Of a DNA stretch of 64,000 nucleotides, positions 1 to 47,791 are shown in pieces. The DNA comes from Amoebidium appalachense (Eukaryota > Protista > Ichthyosporea): the NCBI GenBank assembly GCA_963693365.1, contig CAVNZM010000003.1:7249312-7313311 (forward strand), given 5' to 3'. The notes beneath the pieces were generated by a model. That model had not been told where the DNA came from and searched no databases. It was given only the letters and a program-made list of their open reading frames with translations. Each line of letters starts with the position of its first letter. The first letter of the stretch is position 1. A program made the translations under genes and the position numbers.

Positions 1-46
1 TGTATCACACCAGAACACAGCCCCCCTCCCCCCTCCCCCCTCCCCC

Positions 47-77
<31 letters not shown>

Positions 78-178
78 AAATAAATAAATAAAAAATAAAC
101 CTATATGGACACGCACAGTGCAAACATGGACACACACGGAACACACACACACACACCAACACAAACAAAGCCCTCCCC

Positions 179-209
<31 letters not shown>

Positions 210-387
210 AAAATAAAAATAAAAAATAAACAAGAACACAGCGCAGCCACTTATTGTATCACACCAGAGACACAACCCCCCCCCCCCCCCCCCCAAAAAA
301 AAAAAAAAAAAAAAAAAAACCTATATGGACACGCAGTGACACCTTCACGCCCAGTTGAATCGGTATCGCACGCACACACAAACAACA

Positions 388-574
<187 letters not shown>

Positions 575-3265
575 ACTTGAATTCAGACACACGGTTCCAC
601 AGGCTCTTAGAAAGTCGGCATGATAAGGCAGAAGCTCTCAGGCAACTCAGGAGAAAATTCAGGAAGAAGCCCAAGGTCAGGGGAATCGGGGACTCGTGCA
701 AAGGGAGCCGTGGTTCAAAATGGTGTTGTTCGCAGGGGGTAGATGGCAAGCGGCTGGGGATTGGCACGCGCAAAAGAAGATTTTTTTAAAATTTTTATTT
801 TATCACGTTTGCCCAGCGATGCGGCAGCCTCGCTATATGGGGTTTGAGAGAAAATTACCTTCGCACACGTAGCAGAGTCTGCACTTAACACAAGTAGAGT
901 GTATAGTCGTTGCACACACACACACGGAGGTGATCAGTCTCTATATGGGTGCAATATACTACCTACTAAGTGTGTACTTATATTAATCGGGCTGCATGCA
1001 CTATCACCTAAGTATCACACAAGTGTTCACACGGTGCTGGAGAGTCTGTGTAACAGTCACTCATCAATATAACTCCCGGTTTATTATGGATTTGTGGCGG
1101 TGTTTACATACTCCGCGGGGGAGCACAACACGGTTGTGCTCTCTAGAAAATACATCGGGTAGAGCACACAGCTAACCGAGCCCTAGTCCGATCCAGACGG
1201 GACTGCAGGCGGTGCGCTCCGAGCCAATCAAACGGCAGTGAGCTATCCAGCTACCTCTCCAGCTATTACCCGTAGGGGGCCCCCCGGCAGATTCGGCCTT
1301 CTTCCACAACCGGGCCGTTTGGTTGGCTGGCGCGGGGCCGGGGTTACGTAAGGCGGTGGGGTCGGGGGAGGCCAGACCACGATATGGAGGTTTGGGGGGA
1401 GGCCTGCGCAGGGCCTTACGTAAGCCTTACGTAAGGCGGTCAGGCGGGGGCGGGCGCTAGGTAGAGCACGATACGGAAGGCGTGGGTCTGGGGAGGTTTA
1501 TGTGGCGAATCGGGCTGCGCGGTTGTGAAACTTGCGCTAATGACGTCGTCAGTAGGGAACCAGTCAGATTCTTCGGTCGTGGAAGTTGCAGAAGTGGCCT
1601 CGTGAGCCGTGATAGTGAACCAGTCGGAGGGCCCGGTTGTGAAAGTTAGCTAATGAGCGTTAATTACACCTGTAGCTTGCACAACCGGGCGATACCATTG
1701 GGTAGTGGTTTGAAGTTTTATGATTGGATAAAAACCATTCAATCCTTTTGGCGGGTATATATAAACGTAGATCTGGGGGTAGTATATAATGCAGCAACAC
1801 GATATTTGACGCTCAGTTTTTATAATGCCGCCGAAGCGAAGCAGAGCAAAGCAGAAGAAAGTTGTACAGCCTCCTTGTGGTACTAGTGAATATGCAGTTG
1901 CGAGCATAAGCCTGAACATAACCAATGCGGGTGGGAATGTGCGATACCATTTGGTAGGCCTTTTGAATGAAATGGTTGGGTAGGAATCACGGTATTTGTC
2001 TTAGCGGCTAGTGGAGAGGTATAAAAAGGGTGAACACGATATCGTCGATCACTTTGTGACGCAGCGCGGTGTGGAGCAGGGTACTCAGAAGAAAGCTGTC
2101 TGGAGCGAGCCTTTTTCTTGTTAGTACTGCATAACAGTCAAACTCGAGTGTGGATATCTTTGAACACGAGTAGGAGGTTTTCTCTTTGTCGAAGTACTGT
2201 TTGTTGTTTTTTTGACAAATAGTATGTTAAGATAGTCGCAGAAGTTCTTTCTTTTTACAATTTTTTTATTGCGGACTGCGGCTCAGAGGAGCTGTCAATG
2301 TTAGGCACCTCATAGAATTATGGTCGGATCATTTTTCGAAGCTTGGTGAACATGAATTATTGGCGGCAACTGATCTGAGTGCGAGGTGATGGCGCTTCAA
2401 GCTGAGATTGGTCAGGGCCGGAATCGGATCCCTGACAGGTGCATTGTGGGTCGAAAGACGTAGGGCTACCTTTCGTAAAAACGGTTTTTTGCAGTTTCCT
2501 TATATGGCTAATCGGATCGAACCGGATTCGATCTGGACCAATCATAAATACCCCTTGGCAGAGTTTCTCGTTACGACACGTAGGGCTACCTTTCCGTAAC
2601 TGCTCATCACAAGATCGCAATCGGATTGCGGAGCGCATATTCACACTCGCTAAACAAGCAGATAGACAACGAACTAGCACTAGTAGAATGTACTTAGTAA
2701 TAATAATAGTGATATTGGTGTTGTATATTCCAACAGGGTCAACGTTTTCTCTATGCCACAGTGTGAAGTCTGGGATCTATCGGCCACCACGGTGCCGCAC
2801 AATCAATATTATTGCATACGCGTAAAAGAAGAAAGGGAAGGGATTAAACAAAGTGGATTCATGAGCAGTTTGTAGTGAGTGAAGGCAGAGGTTGAAGAAG
2901 GGGGGATGTGGGGAGCTCCAGATAGTGAAAGAAGACGAAGGGGGAAGGGTGGAGGGGGATCCGGAATGGGAAGCGGAGGGAGGGAGGTAGGAAGAATGGG
3001 CAGCCCCCGGTGGAGGGCGGGGGGCGTCGGGGGGGCGGGAGGCGGAAGGGTGGGGGGAGAGGGGGAGGCGAGGGGGGGGGGGGGAGGGGGGAAGGAGGAG
3101 GGAACGGATACCGAAGTCAAGGGCATAGTAACATGTGTACAAGCTGAGTAACGTTAAAATAGATAGGCATCATGATATATGGACACAAGGTTCATTGTCT
3201 TTGCAATATAAGTTTAATTTTCATTCTGTAGCACTACTGTGGCACCCCACTGCACTGCATGTGGC

Positions 3266-4086
3266 CTAGGCTGCTACCAATGCGCCGTCCTCTGCAGCAA
3301 CCTCCCCCACCTCTGCAATCTCTGGTGCCTCCTCCTCCATGCCATCAACGACCTCATCACCCCCCGCCTTCCTGCCCACCCAGTCCTTTGCCCTGCTGCC
3401 GATGGCGCTGGCCCTCTCTGCCACCGCACTGACCGCACTGTCCACGGTGCTAGCCACAGACCGGAACGCACTGCCAATGCCGTCGATGAGCCCGTCACTG
3501 TTGCGCCTCTCGTGTGCGTGCACGTGCGTGACATCATCATTGAAGGTTGCATGCACACTCCTACGCTTAATGCCGTGCCTGGCTGCCCAGTCGCGGCTGG
3601 CTGCCAAGATGGCTTGCGGGTCCACATCAAGGGGACCGCCAGAGTAGTATTCCCCTATGTCATCAAAGGGGTTGCTGCGCCTGGTGTACACGTGGCACTG
3701 CGCATGCCCGGTGGAGGATGCACGGGCATGGGGGGCCGCGATGGGATTTCGAGCCAGGGCAGCCACGGCGACGACGGAGGTGCACGTGTAATGGCATATG
3801 GCTCGCAGCTCCTTCCGCGTAAAGGCGGAGACACGGAGGGTGTAGGCGGAGGGGGGGAGGCGGAGTGTCTGGTCGCATGTGGCAGCACACAGGGGCTGAA
3901 GCCGACCCTCTGCTTCACACACCTGCACGCAGACAGATACTGCGTTTGCTCGACCGAGGTAGGCCACAGACTGGCAGGAGTCAGTGCAGGGCGTGGTGGG
4001 CGGGGTGGTGGTTGCGTGTGGTGCTGTGGGTGGACTACCAGCAGCGGCACACAGAGGCGGCCAGACAGGGATGTGAGAGTCGCCAT
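3266..4086 (-). CDS. Hypothetical protein, ~250 aa, probably secreted; 2 exons (4086-4039, 3970-3266)
   Basis: ATG at 4086. A 68-nt GT-AG intron (4038-3971) with a CTGAC branch point joins in frame to the 233-aa ORF. N-terminus MATLTSLSGRLCVPLLSVAYLGRANA is signal-peptide-like, followed by a Cys-containing segment and an acidic tail. No family recognised. Confidence 0.6.
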
Positions 4087-5288
4087 CGTGAACGTTTTTG
4101 TGGTAGCTCTGTCTGAGTATTGGTGTTTTGTTCGTCTGATCATATTTCTGCTTTTATATACTTTTCATGAGGTTCGCTGGAATCTCTCAGCCTGTCTCAG
4201 GGCACTGTCAACCAATCAAACGTGGCTCATGGAGTTCACCGGAAGATCGACAAGATCGTTTGATTACGATTGGCTTAAACCAATATTACCAGATTCCCGA
4301 AGTGAACCCGGGCCATAGATGCTTACAATATACTGCAGGGCCCAAGAAAAACGGTCACATGCCGCTGTACTTCATAAAAAATATAAATATACACAAATCT
4401 GTGGAAGCACAAACACTGAACTACCATCTTTATGAGAAGATTTAGCTCAAATAGTATACCCAAATCATGCATGACAACTGGCGAAGACAAATGCTACTGT
4501 GACAATCAACTAATCAAATAGGACTACGTTTCGTGCTAGCCAATCGAACGGCAACATGTATCCCCCTAACCTAGCTCTTGAAGTTGCGACCCCTTTTCCT
4601 AAAAGTTTCATAAAACCGAAATATATATCGGCATATGTTTCCTCTGGAGTTGTTTCAATTTCAATAAAAAAGGGCCATTTATGGCTATATATAAAGTTAT
4701 GCTGTATTAGGTGGATTCATACCTTGGATTAATAGGGTTTATATTACATGTAACCTCTGACTCTGTTCTGTATAATTTTAGAAATAGGCGAACTGTGAAA
4801 ATGTGTGATATGAGGAGACAAAAGGAGGGCGCCACGGGGCTGCGTGCTGGCTGCGCGTTTGCGTTTTTGCACATCACCTTGCCGAACGAGGGGTACAACG
4901 AAGAAGGGTAGGTTTTAGACTAAGAAGTTGTTGGCTTAAAAAAAAAGTGTCGAGGATCCGTAAGTTACTATTGAGGATTTGGGGGGTGTTGGCCGGCGGT
5001 GTGCTGGTTGGACAGTGTAGGTTGAAGAGCACACACACCAGCTGAAGCTTGAACAGTAATAAGGGCAGATCTACTCATGAAGGGAAACACACTTGGACAC
5101 GTTGTGGGTTGAGCGTGAAGAGAGGATGGGCGGGTTGAGAATTGAGAGGGGGATGCGGTTGTTGAGGGAGTTGGCCGACAAGTATTCAATTGCGTGTGCG
5201 TTAGGAAGCTATTTACACATCCATAAGGGGCTGGAACTGAGGTGGCTGATGTTGGGCTGGGACGCAGATACGACAGGGTGAGGAGAAA

Positions 5289-13476
<8,188 letters not shown>

Positions 13477-14575
13477 TTGTGAACTCCAGAGATGGGTGTG
13501 GGCCACGTCTTGTGTTACCACCAGTTGCACATGGCACACATGATCACCGTCACCACATGGACACGTGTGCAAAGATCTGCCATATGTGCCCACGTAACAG
13601 TTCGAAGTAGGCGTATGCGCGTGATACACACTTACAAAGACCATTGTATAAAGGCAGAGCAGGGGCAGCCACTTGAAATGGCACGCGCTTTCGTGATGCC
13701 TGCACACACACACACACACACACACACACGCATATTTGCCTACACTTACTCACGTGGCCATACGTGTCCACACGTGCACGCTTGCAGACACGTGTACACA
13801 TACGTGCGGACACACAGTGGTACATGCACACGGTGCACACTTGCACACACCTGCGCACCACACACACAGACACACACAGCACATCACTCAGCGACACATC
13901 TGTAAACTAGAACACACACCTCAAACCGGTATTGGTGTGATAGAGTTGTATTTCACTAAAGGCGTTCTCTTCACAAAGTTGTGTTTCTTACGTATGCAAT
14001 AGGTCAAGCTATTTGTATGTTTATAAATCATTAGGTCTAAACAACTCAGGTTGTAGAAACAATAAACAAAAAACAAAAATACGAGCTTCCGAATGATATG
14101 TATGCAGAGCCTCAGTTTCAGGCCGGCAGGCCTTAGCTTCCTGCAGCGACCGGGCCGACTACACACAGGTCACAGTACACTGACGGGTCAATTCGGGCCA
14201 ACCCAAAGATCGGATTATGCTGCAGTGGGCTGTTAAAGGATTCAATAACCCTACCCACTTCCCCATTTTTCTGCACTCACTAAGGGCTCTTGAATTTTAT
14301 AGCTAGTGTTACACTTATGTTTTGCGCGCCTCTATCCAGTGTGCAATAATAAAGGAAGTACAGTACATACAGTTGAACATTGCAACTGTAATCTTGCGTT
14401 TTAATGCGGGTCTGCGACTCGACTCGCTTTGTGAATCGACCCGCCATATGCAGCCACTAGCCAATCAAAAGCGTTCGCGCGGTTTTGGTCCAAACACCGC
14501 TTTGGTTTGGACTTCTCCCCCTAGTTGAACAGTTTGGGGGGAGAGCCGAAGGCTCTAAATTCGGAGCCATAGGCT

Positions 14576-14686
14576 CCCCCCCCCCCCCCCCCCCCCCCCC
14601 CCAGGGACCGGGCACGCGCTGGGGGCACGGGGGACCCTGCTGGCAGCGCGTGCCCGGCGGGTGGGGGGGGGGGGGGGGGGGGGGGG
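14576..14686. repeat. Foldback/inverted repeat upstream of MCM6
   Basis: Perfect 14-bp inverted repeat CCGGGCACGCGCTG (14608-14621) / CAGCGCGTGCCCGG (14644-14657), flanked by a C-run (14576-14602) and a G-run (14663-14686). Confidence 0.8.
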
Positions 14687-14992
14687 CGGTTAGCAGTGGC
14701 GCTTCTTCGATGCAGCGCACCAATCAACGCCCGGCACATATTTGATACACAACACAGTGTGCAAAAACAAAACAAAACCAAGGCAGAACCCGGAGGCTTC
14801 ACAAGCATCCGCAGATAACTTGGTCAAAAAGGCTTTCACGGCGCTTTTAACACTATAGCGTTTAGAACAGTAGCGCTTCATAATCGCATTCAAACTAGGA
14901 CAGCCAGTTTTTCTCCCTCGCTCGTTTCCAACTAAAGCACAGCGCTTTCTCTCCGCAACACACCCACTTTAGGCAGCAGGCAGGCAGTGAGC

Positions 14993-17522
<2,530 letters not shown>

Positions 17523-18959
17523 GCTAGATTCACCTGCCACACACACACACACACACACACACACTATTCACGTTGGGAAGCTGGACAAATGGCGTTTTGC
17601 ATGTTAAATTGGAAGTTTTCTCTGAGATGTGCAAATATTTAACTTACCACAGTTAACAATAGCGACCAATAGGTAAATTCTGTATGTAGTGCTCTACAAA
17701 TTGCTCATGCGGGGTTTAGAGTTTTCACGCAGGCGGTGATAGATAATGAGGCCTGCTAGACTATCTGACACCTAATAATTTTGGATAGTCGTGGTTATAT
17801 ACCTTAGGATAAAGAACTTTTACATGGTTTATGTATATCCAGATATACCCCTCCCTAAATTTTTAACATGAGTTGTTACTTGATTTTTAACTAGACGGAC
17901 GTACGGCCTAGGTGACCTGCCTTCTAGGTGTGTACCACTCGTGCTACTGATCACGAGATATTTGCTTTGGATATCTCAAGAATCATGAACTAATAGTTGC
18001 TGCACGTTGAATTTCATCGAATATATCTCGCATATATACATCTGTGGGCGCTCATATGGCACCCTTTGTTATCCACCACCGAATAGATTGCTGGAGCCAC
18101 TGAGATCCGGCTCTGAATGAAATCCGAAGCTGTACGTTGCAGCCTTGCAACAAAAGCCTTGAACCTGGGGAACACGATACAATGTTGGGAAAATGTCATG
18201 TTCATAGTGCATGCATGCGATATACACATGTTCCTCGAGCTCTTCCGACATGAAGCTTTTGTGAAACATGGTCAAGAACTTCGAGTACGTACATGTTACC
18301 TCACACGCACGTACAGACTCGCACACGCACACATGTACAGACTCGCACACGCACACACATGGCATGTGCACATGCATGCACGCACGCACAAACCACACAT
18401 GTACATGTACGTGTACACACACAGGTGCACACAACGTGTACACACCTCGTGTGTTCATGTGTACATGTACACACACACGCATGTGTACTCGTGTCCGTGT
18501 ACATGTCACACACGCACGCACGCACACCCACACACACCAACACACATGCACGCACACTGTGGCACACCCACACACGTCACAGACGTCGACATATCATGCC
18601 ATCCCACTGTGGCAGTGGTGGCCGTGGACACCACAGGAGTCATTCAGGATTAAGATGATTGACCTATAAGATAATTGGCACTAATTTTTTTGGAAAAAAT
18701 TAAAATGCTAGGGCACCCTAAGGCCAAGGAAAAATAAGATAACCGGGAACTCATGATGGGGAAAGGGGAAGGAAGCGTGGGGAGGGGGTGGGGAGAGGGG
18801 AGGGGAGGATTCAGAGGAGAATTGTGGCTTCTTACTTAGTCTAGTAATATTATTATCAGGCTGTGCCCAGGAAAAGCCGGCCCTTATGTGTATAGATCAT
18901 ATCAGAGTACTAGCTTGAACTCCTCCGGAAGCTTGTGCTTAGTTACCAATCTACCGTAC

Positions 18960-19431
18960 GAAAAAGTCAATGGCATGTGTGTGTATGTGTGTGTCTGTGT
19001 GTGTGTACATGTGTGGGTGTGTGTTGTGCCACGGTGCGTGTGTGTGTGTGTGTGTGGGGGGGAGGGGGGGGGGGGGGGGGGGGGGGGGTCCTGTCCGTGT
19101 GTGTGTGTGCGGCATGTGTATGTGTGTGTGTGTGTGTGCGAGTGTGTGCAACCGGCTGAGAAAGAGTGAAACGGTTAATAATAATTCCTTACGCAAGGAC
19201 ATTAAATGGGCCCACGGTGCCCGGACATGTGTCCCTGGCTCTACTATTCTGTGCAAAAATGCGTGCATATATGTGTGTACATTTGTATTTTGTGTTCGTT
19301 TACATGTCACTGGGTGTTTGTGTGTGTGTGGTGTGTGTGTATGTGCACGTGTGTGTATCCGCTTGTGTGAGCGCGCGCGCGTGTGTGTGTGTGTGTGTCG
19401 TGTGTGCATCCGCTTGTGTGAGCGTGTGAGC

Positions 19432-19518
<87 letters not shown>

Positions 19519-19685
19519 GTGTCACGATGCACAGTGTGTGTGTGTGCCCCGCCTCCCCCCCCCCCCCCCCCCCCCTCCCCACCCCGAAAAAAGCAAAAAA
19601 AAACAAAAAACTCAAGCAGCCCAGAAAAAGGAACCACAGGACTCAGTGGGGAGGGGGGGGGTGGTGGTGGTGGTGGTGGTGGTGT

Positions 19686-19716
<31 letters not shown>

Positions 19717-19923
19717 GGGGGGGGGGGGAGGAAGACGGGGGGAGGGGGGTATGGGGGGATCAGGAAAGGTCCTGGAGCTCGAGGGGACACATGTACACGG
19801 GGGGCTGTGCGAACGGTGTGCATGTGTCTGTGCGTACATTTGTCACTGATTTTGTGTTCGTTTGTCACTGGGTGTGTTTGCAATTGTGTGTGTGTGGTGT
19901 GTATGCGTGTGCGTGTATCACAA

Positions 19924-19955
<32 letters not shown>

Positions 19956-19993
19956 GCTCCGTGTCACGGTACACGACCGTGTGAGTGTGCTGC

Positions 19994-20024
<31 letters not shown>

Positions 20025-20340
20025 TTCCACCCATGTCCTGTGGGACCGTTTTCTGCACTGCGGGAGTTATTTTTTTTTTCCCCAAAAAAAGGGCCCAGGT
20101 CACCGGGTCACCGTGGGGTGGGGGGGGTGGTTGGCCGGGGGGTTGGGGGCTGTGAAAAAATGTGTGCATGTGTCTGTGTTTACATTTGGATTTTGTGTTC
20201 GTTTGTCACTGGGTGTGTTTGTGTACCACGGTGGTGTGTGTGTGTGTGTTCACGTGTACACATATCACAATGTGTGTGTGTGCCCTCCATGTCACGGTGC
20301 GCGGTGTGCGTGTGTGTGCCTCCCGGACCCACGGGATTCC
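18960..20340. repeat. Degenerate low-complexity tandem array, about 3 diverged units
   Basis: The motif ATTTTGTGTTCGTTT...GTCACTGGGTGT recurs near 19290, 19850 and 20190, embedded in (GT)n, C-runs and G-runs. Confidence 0.6.
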
Positions 20341-21386
20341 TGACCGGTAAAATAGATTCCTTGCATTCCAGGATAGATCTGCACACCAATACCTCTGCAC
20401 AATGATCGATCACCGTGGTTGATTGCGCCGAGCTGAGCTCCAGCGGGGATACAGCACCCTCCCAAGAAAAAAAATTTAGAGAAATCAGGAAATTAAAACC
20501 CGAAAAAAATAAAACTTTGTTAAAAAAATTCAAGTATGAAATGTTTGTGAGCAACCAAGTGTTTCATGTGCAACTACATGTGGGCCGGCCGGCACCAGTC
20601 CATCCTCCCGAGCAAGCGTGCTGGGCCAGCTGGCCCGGGCTGAGCCTGCCGGATAGGTATTCATGTATGAAGGAATATCCCCCAACACTTCTTTTGTGAG
20701 CCTCTGGTAATTTAGGCCGTATAAAGTATGTTCTGTAGCATTTTTAGAACATTGATAGTGAATCTTTTCAAGCTAGATAATATTTTAACCTATGAGTCTC
20801 AAATGGATTTGCACCCTGAATCAGAATTTCGGAAAATGCCTTGCCAACACATAGGCATCAAGGGGTTTGAGGGGACCCCGCATGCGTGGGGCCGGCCGCC
20901 GGCGGCCAAACTTCGAATATTTTTTTGGGCTTTGACCAATCAACTGTGTGCACAAAATAAACAGTTGAACTGCATTCATTGGAAAAAGCCGACACATTAC
21001 CCTCCGTTATTTTCGGTTTATTCTTTATTCTTTTCCATTTCTGAGAATTCGGAAAAAGCATAGACAAACCCCCTTATTTTTTGACCCAGCTTGGGTCTTT
21101 TCTGTTTCTGTACGGCAGAAAATGTTTTTTCTTTTGACTCGGGTTTATTGATCCGTTGATGAAGGCAACGTGCAGCTACAGGCTACATAACCACCAGAGA
21201 ATACAGTATGCTGTGTTTTTTTATATTTCCGATTTCAGCTGTCCAAGTGGCTTTTTCCCCCGCTTCCATTTTTTTTTTTTTTTTTTTGGGCTGTGGGAAC
21301 GAAACAGCAGTTCGGTCACTGCATGCACACATGCACATGCCATGTACACAGCCGTATGACACTTTAACTGTGTGCTCTCTCTCTCC

Positions 21387-21419
<33 letters not shown>

Positions 21420-21691
21420 CTCGTGTGTGTGTGTGTTTTTCCGTGGGGTTATTCAGACATACACGCGGCCAAGTACACACCAGGTGACGGACACTTTTGA
21501 ACTCGCAGGGACACGAGGGCACGCGCTCAACACTCCCAGACACTTGCAGAGCCAAACACGCCGCACACACAACAGGCCTCACAGTAAACGCACCACTGAG
21601 TATTAGGGTAGCCAGTCTTTTGGCCCTCTTGCTAGCTTCAACAGGTTTTTGGGTGTCACACGCGCAGTGTGTGCGCGCAGACGTTTTGAGA

Positions 21692-39985
<18,294 letters not shown>

Positions 39986-40177
39986 CTATAAATAGCCACA
40001 TCACGTAATTGGCCAGCACCATATTAGGCCACAACACTGCATAGAGATAGCACGTGGGGTTTCCTTCTGGTTTCTTCTGTCTGTTCCTGGCTACTTCGAT
40101 AATTGTCATGTGCTGGCCATGTAGATGGTTGGTGCCAATGATGATCTGTTGATGGGGGTTTTATGCCTCTTGGGGTT

Positions 40178-40251
<74 letters not shown>

Positions 40252-40676
40252 TGCTTGGCATCACTAACATAGTACGAGATTGTTCGCTTTATAATGTACA
40301 ACTAACCGTGGGAATATACCTCGGATCTGCATTGCAGAAATAATTAGTGGGTGAAGTAATTGATGACACCGCCTGAAATTTGGATAAGCGTTTGTGCTGA
40401 TATGCGCTAATGTACTATTCCGAGAAATTCTTGGCTGTGTGCTCTGATGATATCCCAGTGTGGAATTTTATGCCTTCGGTGCTTATTATTTCCTGAGTAT
40501 CTCGGCATTCAAATCAGCTGCTCACATGCTTTATAAATTAGTTTGCCAGATTTAGCATATCCAACCGTTATCAAATCATCGTTACATCTATTGGCTCTGA
40601 AGGGGACCATGAGCACTGTGGTACGATGGTTTGCAAGTTATAAGTAGCGGCTCTCATGTGTAGTCCCTAATGAACG

Positions 40677-40890
40677 AATAAATGGGCATATCTAGGTATC
40701 TATAAAACCCCCCTAAATAAATAAATGGGCATATCTAGGTATCTACAAAACCCCCCAATTCAACAAGTTGGCATATCTAGGTCAAGGTACCTCCACTTAC
40801 GTCCCCCCCGAACCCCTCTGATATATCAAGTTTAAACCTACCCCACAAAACCCCCAACCGTAAATGCTTAATTGCGGGCATATCTGTGTA
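40677..40890. repeat. Short direct repeats (AATAAATGGGCATATCTAGGTATCTA x2 plus partial GGCATATCT copies)
   Basis: Visible directly in the sequence; possibly subterminal repeats of a decayed element. Confidence 0.6.
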
Positions 40891-42398
40891 CGTTAATTGT
40901 ATTTATTAAACCTGCACAACCCCACCTCCAAATGAACAAACATATGGCCCGCATCTCTAATGTTAGGTTCAGCCCCCCACCCACCCACTCACCCTCCGCA
41001 ACATGTACATACACGCACAAAATCCAAAAAAACAAAAAAAAAACAGTATGTACTGCCAGAGGGAAAGAGGAGGAGAGGAGGAATGAAGGATCCAGGAGGC
41101 CGGCGGAGTGCCCATGCATGAGGCCTAGGCGCATACATGCGCTTTTCATAATTTTGTCACGGGATATCGATACGCACATGGCATGGGGCTCAACGAGAAC
41201 CACCAGTGCCTTGTTGCTATATGTGGTGTGTAACAGTGGCCTGCAAATCGGGCTCGGGTGCAATGGGGAAGGTCACGCGGTTATCCAATGCTCTAATCGG
41301 AGGAGGTATATCTCAATCAAACGGGTCAAGGCATATCCAGTAAACATATCTCACTCTAACACCCATTGAGCTATCTTCATGGGCACCAAATGGGAATAAG
41401 TCATGCCATGCATTGCGTGCTATTATTAGACACCGTGGGATCGTTGCACCTTTATTGGCCATGAATCATGCACAACTTAAACACACACAGCCTGTACTCA
41501 CACCCGTGTGTGCTTACATCTTTCTTATCTCATTGATTCATACATTCCATATATATGGTAGGGCTGGCTCATGATAATCACACATGCGCCGCTACCCGAC
41601 TACCAGCCGGTCAGTATAGATCTACCCACCGTGTCTCGGGTATATCTACACAACGTTATATCCCTATATATTTACACTCTTTACACTATGTAACCGTCAT
41701 ATACATACACCAATAATATTTCTCGTATTCCTGCAGCATCTAAATATACATTTTTGGAACCGTTGGCGATGTACAGGCATATGCAGAATTTCGCCGTATC
41801 CATTAATCCGGTATTTTATGTATCTACCACAGTGAAGTACACCCAAATCACATTATTAACAAGGCATATTTACATTTGTAGCGCCCCTATGTCGATGTTT
41901 AGTGTATCTACACAATCATCATTCGCATACCTCTTGCATACGTGCATTCTATACACCTAACCATTGGCCCAATGGCCTATAAATAAACCACCCATGCTAT
42001 ATTTAGCTATGCCCTGGCCCTTCTCAGTAACCTCTGCATGACCATTCGTCTCCTCAGCTCCTCCCCTGCAGAGCCCCAAGCCCCCTGTCAGAACATGCAC
42101 TCCTATCCCCCCTCCCCCCCCCGTGCCCCTTTCCTCAGTATGCCCTTCACCCATGGCACACACACAAGCTACGATATTGCCATAATTCCTGTTCGCGCAT
42201 GCACATGCACCGTGAAGTTTCCCTGCGATCAGCACAGCAGAGGGGTGCAATTGGCATTCCTTAATTTGCTCTTTGTTGTCCTTCGTATATGCTATGCTGC
42301 ATTTTTCTTCTTGCTTACGGGGAGTTCTGCTCGTGTGTGTGTCTGTTGGGGGGATGGGCCCAGGGGTAAAAGGGGGGTTAAGGGATTTATGTGTGTGT

Positions 42399-42458
42399 GG
42401 GGGGGGGGGTTGAATGCGTCATGAAGTACGAAGTACACATGAACAACGGATAACACGA
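42399..42458 (-). mobile_element. Very short 3'-terminal copy of the Cn-An-tailed repeat
   Basis: TTGAATGCGTCATGAAGTACGAAGTACACATGAACAACGGATAACACGA is the reverse complement of the family 3' end and follows a G-run. Confidence 0.7.
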
Positions 42459-42557
42459 CTTGTGGGGTGGGGGGGAGAAGGGTTGGGAAGGGGGCAGGGT
42501 GAGGGCTCAGTGCGAAGGGTACCGATATACAACCACCATGCAGGCAGAGAATGGCAG

Positions 42558-47791
<5,234 letters not shown>

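Noticed and set aside
1-340. Telomere-like window start
   Set aside because: No telomeric repeat unit; only a duplicated C-run/A-run-containing segment.
3239-4318. 359-aa plus-strand ORF
   Set aside because: Antisense shadow of the minus-strand gene, which has a proper ATG and an in-frame intron.
17700-18300. Possible minus-strand coding remnant
   Set aside because: No identifiable family and no coherent exon chain.
20340-21150. Possible non-autonomous DNA transposon
   Set aside because: Composition is suggestive but I found no matching TIR pair or TSD.
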